64,000 bases of DNA from an uncultured Methanosarcinales archaeon (GTDB lineage: Archaea; Nanobdellota; Nanobdellia; Woesearchaeales; GW2011-AR9): assembly GCA_964510085.1 (NCBI GenBank), contig CAZEAB010000002.1, positions 35,567 to 99,566 of the forward strand, given 5' to 3'. Positions 58,759 through 64,000 of the stretch are shown here, piece after piece. Made by a program: the position numbers and the translations under genes. How positions within the stretch are numbered: position 1 is the first letter of the stretch; every line of letters begins with the position of its first letter. The notes beneath the pieces were generated by a model, which had not been told where the DNA came from, searched no databases, and saw only the letters and a program-made list of their open reading frames with translations.

Positions 58759-58896
58759 CGGCTCTGACCAGACTTTCGAAAAAGTGAACTTTTTCTAAAT
58801 CATCAAGTACACTTGATACTCGAACTGGTGACCTCGAGGTCGCTGTTGGTTTCCACCACTAACAGCCCCGCGCTCTACCTACTAAGCTACAGAGCC
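58759..58896 (-). tRNA. tRNA-Asn(GUU) with introns at 37/38 (19 nt) and 59/60 (46 nt)
   Basis: GGCTCTG-TA-GCTT..GAGC-G-CGGGG-CT GTT A[..ACAGCG]A-CCTCG-AGGTC-ACCAG-TTCGAG[..CGAAAG]T-CTGGT-CAGAGCC-G; BHB helices CTGT/ACAG and TTCG/CGAA. Confidence 0.92.
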
Positions 58897-58976
58897 GCAA
58901 TAGAAGAGCAGAAGATTTAATCATTATAAAGGTTTCCTCAAATTTAGGCGTATCTCGAAATCTTTTCGGACGGAAC

Positions 58977-59237
58977 TTATAGGTGTCTTTTGTAAATATT
59001 TCTTCTATGACTAATAATTCTTACAGCAATTACTTTTTCTTCTTCAATAATATCAACAATTGCTCTGTAATCCCCAGAACGAATTTTATATCCTGGATCT
59101 CCTGAAAGGCTCTCAAGAAAATGTTTTGGATTAGCTTTAGTAGAGTCGACTTTCTTAACAATCCGCGTAGCAATATCTTTAGGTAGTTTACGTAACTCTT
59201 GTAAAGCTTTAGAACGCCACTTAATAACGTAACTCAT
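58977..59237 (-). CDS. relE: RelE/ParE-family toxin
   Basis: A..EL.KL, L.G..GYKIR.GDYR, I.HRR.IY. Confidence 0.9.
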   Translation of the reverse strand: MSYVIKWRSKALQELRKLPKDIATRIVKKVDSTKANPKHFLESLSGDPGYKIRSGDYRAIVDIIEEEKVIAVRIISHRRNIYKRHL

Positions 59238-59428
59238 TATGCAAACTCTTTAAGAACTTCTTCATGATCAACATAGTCAGATAATGGTTCTTTTCTAGCA
59301 CTTTCTAAGGCTTTCTTTGCACTTTCGCTTAATTCAAAATCTTCTGTAAGAATATGTGTTATTTTGTTCAATTGAATTTTAACTTCATTAATATCTTTTT
59401 CAAGTTTTTTAAGTGTTACAGTTTCCAT
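59237..59428 (-). CDS. Cognate antitoxin of the RelE-like toxin
   Basis: 63 aa, acidic ELSE...YVDHEEV; TAATG overlap with the toxin. Confidence 0.8.
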   Translation of the reverse strand: METVTLKKLEKDINEVKIQLNKITHILTEDFELSESAKKALESARKEPLSDYVDHEEVLKEFA

Positions 59429-59506
59429 AATTTACAAATATTATACAGAATATATAAATTTATCCAACAAAACCCTTAAAAACAACCTTTCAAAACAATG
59501 AACCAA

Positions 59507-59631
59507 GGACCTGTGGCCCAGTGGATAAGGCGATTCCCTCCTAATACTCAAGTAGAGAGGAATAGATCGGGGGTTCGAAACAGCAGACTGCATTCTCTAT
59601 GCTGTATGCTGCGCAATTCCTCCCAGGTCCG
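59507..59631 (+). tRNA. tRNA-Arg(CCU) with introns at 37/38 (14 nt) and 59/60 (38 nt)
   Basis: GGACCTG-TG-GCCCAGTGGATAAGGC-G-ATTCC-CT CCT A[14]A-GGAAT-AGATC-GGGGG-TTCGAA[38]T-CCTCC-CAGGTCC-G. Confidence 0.9.
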
Positions 59632-59674
59632 TATTTTTCAAAACACATAAATACTTCTTCATTATTCTAATTAT

Positions 59675-60142
59675 ATGCTAAACATAAACGATCTCGCCCC
59701 AGATTTTTCAGTTCCAGACCAAGATGATCATTTAGTAACATTAAAAAATTTTAAGGGCAAATGGTTAGTGATATACTTCTATCCAAAAGATAACACTCCT
59801 GGATGTACAATTGAGGCGATAGATTTCACCACTTTAAAACCAATGTTTGGAGAACTAAATGCATATGTTCTTGGAGTAAGTAAAGATTCAAAGAAATCAC
59901 ATTGTACTTTCATAGAAAAGCATGATCTTAATATCACCCTTCTTGCAGATATAGAAAAAAAGATGATTCAGGATTATGGTGTATGGGCACCAAAAAAATT
60001 TATGGGTCGTGAATTTATGGGAATAGTAAGAAGTACATTCTTAATCAATCCTGAGGGAAAAATCGCTTTTATATGGTCAAAGGTTAAAGCAAAAGACCAT
60101 GCAGCAGAAGTACTAAAAAAATTAAAAGAATTACAAGAGTAA
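59675..60142 (+). CDS. bcp: Peroxiredoxin, BCP/PrxQ type
   Basis: APDF, YFYPKD.TPGCT.EA..F, GVS.D, RSTF.I...G.I. Confidence 0.95.
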   Translation: MLNINDLAPDFSVPDQDDHLVTLKNFKGKWLVIYFYPKDNTPGCTIEAIDFTTLKPMFGELNAYVLGVSKDSKKSHCTFIEKHDLNITLLADIEKKMIQDYGVWAPKKFMGREFMGIVRSTFLINPEGKIAFIWSKVKAKDHAAEVLKKLKELQE

Positions 60143-60146
60143 ATTA

Positions 60147-60800
60147 TTAACAACTTAAACTATGCTCACCATTACTAACACAATGAACATTTGTATCACT
60201 TACAGTATAAGAATTAATAGAATTATCATACACTTTCTCAACACAACATAACTTCTTCGCAACATTTGCAATTATTGGATCATATTTATCCTCAATCTCA
60301 GCTAATTCATCTTTTAAATCCTGAATTTCATCTTCCCTATCTTCAATTTCTTTTTGACTAGCCTTTAAAGTATCTGAAGAAACACTCGTTTCCTTATCTT
60401 CTTCTAAATTACGAATTTCTTCTAACAAAGCAGTTTTTTGGGTAGTACATGCAATTAAATCGTCCGAAGTTCCTCGAATAGAAACCATTAACTCAGAATT
60501 CCTTTCTGTACATGCAGCCATTTCTGAAGAAACATTAACATTTAAACCTAAAGAATCTAATTTCTTCTCAACAGAATCGGCAATAGTGGTTGCAGTTGCT
60601 TCAGTATCTAATGTGGCTGCACCAGTAATAGAAGAACCAATCATAAGTAAGAGACCAACAACAGCAATTACAACAACTCCCCCAATAAGAACTCTTTTGA
60701 CTTCTGGCTTTAAAGTAACCTTCTTAGGAGCTTCTTTTGGCTCTTCCTCAACAACAGGAATCTCTTCGTGCTTCACTTCCTCTTTTTTTACATCTTTCAT
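60147..60800 (-). CDS. Membrane-anchored coiled-coil protein with Cys-rich end
   Basis: TM helix followed by ITGAA, coiled coil, LCC...C......C. Confidence 0.7.
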   Translation of the reverse strand: MKDVKKEEVKHEEIPVVEEEPKEAPKKVTLKPEVKRVLIGGVVVIAVVGLLLMIGSSITGAATLDTEATATTIADSVEKKLDSLGLNVNVSSEMAACTERNSELMVSIRGTSDDLIACTTQKTALLEEIRNLEEDKETSVSSDTLKASQKEIEDREDEIQDLKDELAEIEDKYDPIIANVAKKLCCVEKVYDNSINSYTVSDTNVHCVSNGEHSLSC

Positions 60801-60894
60801 ATCCTATGAGAAAGAGTTAACCTATATAAGTATTTCTACAGAACCATAACTCAATTTAATAAACCTTATAAAACGCTTCTCAAAAAAATATCAA

Positions 60895-61638
60895 ATGAAG
60901 CTAACTAAACAAGTAAAAACTAATATCCTTCTCGCATTCTTTATTGCTGCACTAATTATGGCAAACTTATTGGGAGCAAAAATCACAGAATTTGACCTTC
61001 CTAATACTCTTGCAACAATCATGAACTTTATATTCTTACCAATCATCTACCCATTAAAATTATTTTTACAAAGCGTGGGAGGAAGAGAAATCTCTCTTCA
61101 ATTCTTTAATACTATTAGAGTTTCAGTAGGAATATTAACAGTTCCACTTATGTTCCTTATTACAGACATTATAGAAGAAGTTCATGGGAAAAAGAAAGCG
61201 TATGAATTTATCATAATTGGGGTATTAACACTCTTATTAGTATTAGTTATAACCTCTATCTCTGTTGCACTACCTGCTGGTGCAAGGTCTATTGACGACG
61301 CAACCTATGCAAGTATTTTTGGAGTCGCAATCCGTATAACAATCGCAAGCATCATCGCCTTTGTAATTGCACAAGTACATGACATGTGGTCATTTGCATT
61401 TTGGAGAAAGAAAACAGAAGGAAGATTCTTATGGTTACGGAACAACTTTTCAACCATAGTAAGCCAACTAATTGATAGCACAGTATTCATGTTCATCGCA
61501 TTCTATAAAACAACGCCAATGTGGGATGCAGTATTTGTAATATCACTAATAATCCCGTATTGGATATTCAAGATACTCTTTGCCGTACTTGATACACCGC
61601 TAGCATATCTTGGAGTCTGGTGGATGAAGAAGGAGTAG
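60895..61638 (+). CDS. yhhQ: 7-deazaguanine (preQ0/preQ1) transporter, YhhQ/Vut_1 family
   Basis: AN..G.K, P..FL.TD...EV.G, AS..AF..AQ..D, LW.RN..ST.VSQ.IDS..F...AF, DTP. Confidence 0.92.
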   Translation: MKLTKQVKTNILLAFFIAALIMANLLGAKITEFDLPNTLATIMNFIFLPIIYPLKLFLQSVGGREISLQFFNTIRVSVGILTVPLMFLITDIIEEVHGKKKAYEFIIIGVLTLLLVLVITSISVALPAGARSIDDATYASIFGVAIRITIASIIAFVIAQVHDMWSFAFWRKKTEGRFLWLRNNFSTIVSQLIDSTVFMFIAFYKTTPMWDAVFVISLIIPYWIFKILFAVLDTPLAYLGVWWMKKE

Positions 61639-61684
61639 GTTTCTCCCCAATAACCTTATATAAAACAGTATAAATCTCTATCCA

Positions 61685-61753
61685 TCTCAAGATCCAATGA
61701 CGATTCCCAGAGTAATTCCACTATGGAATGATCTAAGTAGGCTGAGGATGAGA
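61685..61753 (+). ncRNA. Box C/D guide sRNA
   Basis: Terminal stem TCTC..ATCC/GGAT GAGA, box C ATGACGA (61697-61703), box D CTGA (61742-61745), own TATA CTTATATA upstream. Confidence 0.72.
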
Positions 61754-61757
61754 ATAC

Positions 61758-62144
61758 TTAATACGTTTCAACTTTTATTCCTTTAATTTTGTTAAAATGC
61801 TTCTTGTTTCTGGTAATAATTGTCTTAACTCCTTTACTTAACGCAATACCTGCAATAAGACAATCACAATCATCAATTGTTTCTCCTTTTCTCATTAATG
61901 TACCAGATATTTCGGCAGCCCTAACGATTCCTAAATCATCTAAAGGTAACACTCGTATGTTTGAAAAAAGAAATTCAGTCTTAAGAAACTTTTCTGGAGC
62001 AACATTTTTATGAAATAAACCCACCAAAATTTCAAACATGTTAATTTGGGTAGTCAATAAATCTTCATCCGAGTCTAATATCTTCTGAACTTCTTTTTTA
62101 CCTCGCAATACATCAACTAAAAAAGTTGTATCAAGTAGTTTCAT
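61758..62144 (-). CDS. vapC: VapC PIN-domain toxin
   Basis: LLDTTFLVD, FEI..G, D.LIAGIA, ITRN.KHF; start moved to MKLLD. Confidence 0.92.
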   Translation of the reverse strand: MKLLDTTFLVDVLRGKKEVQKILDSDEDLLTTQINMFEILVGLFHKNVAPEKFLKTEFLFSNIRVLPLDDLGIVRAAEISGTLMRKGETIDDCDCLIAGIALSKGVKTIITRNKKHFNKIKGIKVETY

Positions 62145-62382
62145 TAAACAAATTCCTCCTCTCCACAAAACGTTTTTTGTTAGCTTTCCTTCTTAATTCT
62201 ATTGACTTTAAAATTGCATCTCCCTCTTCATTACTTAATATCCCAAAGAAATCACTTAAAGGACGTTTTTTCTCTGTCGAAAGAATTCTTCTAATCTCCT
62301 CGGAAAAACTTTCTCCCTTCTTCTTGTGAGAACTAAGTAACTTGTAGGCATCTTCCATAATCGTTATTGTTTTAGTTGCCAT
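62131..62382 (-). CDS. vapB: VapB-family antitoxin
   Basis: KTITI.EDAY..L...K..GESFSE.I.R, L.DFFG; start moved to MATK. Confidence 0.9.
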   Translation of the reverse strand: MATKTITIMEDAYKLLSSHKKKGESFSEEIRRILSTEKKRPLSDFFGILSNEEGDAILKSIELRRKANKKRFVERRNLFNETT

Positions 62383-62473
62383 ACACATACATGTACACAT
62401 ACACATATATAAACTTTTCTTGACTTTTTTGTCCCACTTATTTTATATTCTAAAAAGATATCTTTACAGTATA

Positions 62474-63253
62474 ATGTACCAAACGTCACAGTATTCGGGA
62501 TTAGAATCAATTGCGTCTAGCTACAGCCCTCAACCTTCTGTGCAACCTTTCTACTCCACATCTGCACAACAAACATATACTATAACACCTACATTCACAC
62601 CAACAATCTCTACATTCTCAACTCATTACCACCAACCAACGCCTTCATACACAATTCCACAAGCAACGTATCAACTTATAACACCACACAAAGAATACCA
62701 CTTCCAACCAGATAACTTTCTAAAACCAAGAAATAACCCCATCTTCATAAAAAAAGCAAACCAAATAAAACCATTTGTAGAAGAAACATTCCAAAAAATG
62801 TTCAATCAACCATTTCCAAACGATGTCGCAATCTCTATCTTAGATGAGAAAGAATTCAGAAAAGTAGCACCACATCCATCAACGGTTGGAGTTTCATTCA
62901 ACCGTAAAGCTCACGGTCTAATCTCAGAAATCTTTGTACTTAATGACACATTAGGAAGAATAATGTTAACACTCGGCCACGAACTGGGACACGTGTTAAC
63001 AGAAACGCTAGAAGATCCAACTTTAGAAGAAGCGAAAGCCTATTCATTCTCCTTTTACTGGATGGAAGTAATAAAGAAACATAACATCGCAAATCTTGGC
63101 AATTCATTAATTCTTGAAAATCCTGCAATGAACGGATTACATGATAAAGCATTTGAACTTGTTCTAAAAGAAAAGAAAGACAATAAAACATACTATCAAA
63201 TTTACTTTGACATTCTCAGAAACTTTAAATACACTAACTTCTTCCTACATTAA
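62474..63253 (+). CDS. Putative Zn metallopeptidase with low-complexity N-terminus
   Basis: GHELGH and EEAKA; S/T/P/Q/Y-rich first 70 aa; start moved to MYQTS. Confidence 0.7.
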   Translation: MYQTSQYSGLESIASSYSPQPSVQPFYSTSAQQTYTITPTFTPTISTFSTHYHQPTPSYTIPQATYQLITPHKEYHFQPDNFLKPRNNPIFIKKANQIKPFVEETFQKMFNQPFPNDVAISILDEKEFRKVAPHPSTVGVSFNRKAHGLISEIFVLNDTLGRIMLTLGHELGHVLTETLEDPTLEEAKAYSFSFYWMEVIKKHNIANLGNSLILENPAMNGLHDKAFELVLKEKKDNKTYYQIYFDILRNFKYTNFFLH

Positions 63254-63255
63254 TC

Positions 63256-64000
63256 ATGAAAAAGTGGTTGATACTGATTATCGTACTTATTAGTGTAATT
63301 TCCATAGCAGAAGATGTTAATTATGGAGACTTACAAACAGAAGAAGAAAAAAAACAATACCTTCAACAAAATTATGGGATTAAAATTTTGTCAAATACAG
63401 ATAATGTTATTGTACAAGGAGATACAGTTGTAATTTCAAACACCATTTTTAATTATCGAGGAGCTTCATTCTTTGGAGGGAAAGTAATTCTAAACAAAGG
63501 CGGTCAACTAATCCAAGCAGAAAGTGTGCAAGCTTCTTCTCCATTTTTACATAAAGGAGTTCTGATGGCAGGAACGTTCTCACTTCTTGGAGGACAGCTA
63601 ATTATGGAAAAAGGAAGAATGGCATTAGGAAGTGAATCAAATCCAGATTTTCAGCTAGTAGCAATGAAAGGTACAAGAATCAGCGTTGATGGTGGTGAAG
63701 GATTTACTGGTTTTATAGACGCAGCAAATGGCCCATTTAAAATAGGAACAAATGAAAATAATGTTGCCGTATCAAAGAAAGTAAAAGTTGTTAATGGAAA
63801 AATACAGGCAGCAGAAGAAATTGAAGCTGTTGCACATACAGAAGGTTTATTTTCAGATATAGATAAAAAAGTCTCTTTTGGAAAAGGAAACCTAAACAAA
63901 AACAAAATCACAGCAAAAGACGTATGTGTTAACTTTGAATGTTTCTCTTCTACAAAAGATGTTACAGTAACAATTACAAAAGATGTTCCAACTTCATTAA
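63256..64000 (+). CDS. Secreted beta-rich protein, runs off window end (not in ORF track)
   Basis: MKKWLILIIVLISVISIA signal peptide; frame open to base 64000. Confidence 0.75.
   Translation, partial: MKKWLILIIVLISVISIAEDVNYGDLQTEEEKKQYLQQNYGIKILSNTDNVIVQGDTVVISNTIFNYRGASFFGGKVILNKGGQLIQAESVQASSPFLHKGVLMAGTFSLLGGQLIMEKGRMALGSESNPDFQLVAMKGTRISVDGGEGFTGFIDAANGPFKIGTNENNVAVSKKVKVVNGKIQAAEEIEAVAHTEGLFSDIDKKVSFGKGNLNKNKITAKDVCVNFECFSSTKDVTVTITKDVPTSL

Noticed and set aside
61731..61741. ATCTAAGTAGG as a 23S rRNA gene fragment (sense similarity to GCATCTAAG near the 23S 3' end)
   Set aside because: Too short, and better explained as the box D guide of the C/D sRNA
62383..62406. Cys/Met-rich metal-binding N-terminus on VapB (MCMCTCMCM)
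   Set aside because: It lies between the TATA box and the likely start and is a DNA hexamer repeat rather than protein
3210..63911. Many antisense or nested ORFs in the track (for example 3656-4099, 13009-13383, 13623-14216, 14582-15229, 31390-31956, 46823-47401, 63651-63911)
   Set aside because: They are shadows of well-supported genes or tRNAs on the other strand or frame and carry no motifs
1..64000. Provirus, integrase or IS element
   Set aside because: No recognisable recombinase, transposase, terminase, capsid or replication gene; housekeeping genes are spread throughout

Overview
AT-rich archaeal chromosome segment. Gene content and style (uL1-uL10-P1, eS17, eL37, Alba, aIF2-gamma, SRP54, class I LysRS, CarS, mostly leaderless TATA-driven genes, several bacterial-type enzymes) suggest a DPANN archaeon, probably Woesearchaeota-like; this is inferred, not database-verified. 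About 70 CDS, six tRNA genes (all intron-containing, five with two or three introns), two toxin-antitoxin pairs, a Fic gene and a probable methyltransferase-nuclease pair. No rRNA, CRISPR array, transposase or integrase was seen. The most notable signals are in the RNA layer: a tRNA-Leu with both ends duplicated around short palindromic inserts, a tRNA-Ile(UAU), two unassigned long-hairpin RNAs beside tRNAs, and a box C/D sRNA whose two guides appear to match the 23S peptidyl-transferase centre. Unusual protein architectures include two tandem class II ribonucleotide reductases with PduO, a circularly permuted CcdA, a RimK-AbrB fusion near an APC permease-methyltransferase fusion, a split Dph2, a Tat-signal M23 peptidase, a Gly/Ala-rich paralogue pair, and a tRNA-Asn-aspS-gatCAB-asnS cluster. 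All calls come from reading motifs by eye; no searches or folding programs were run.
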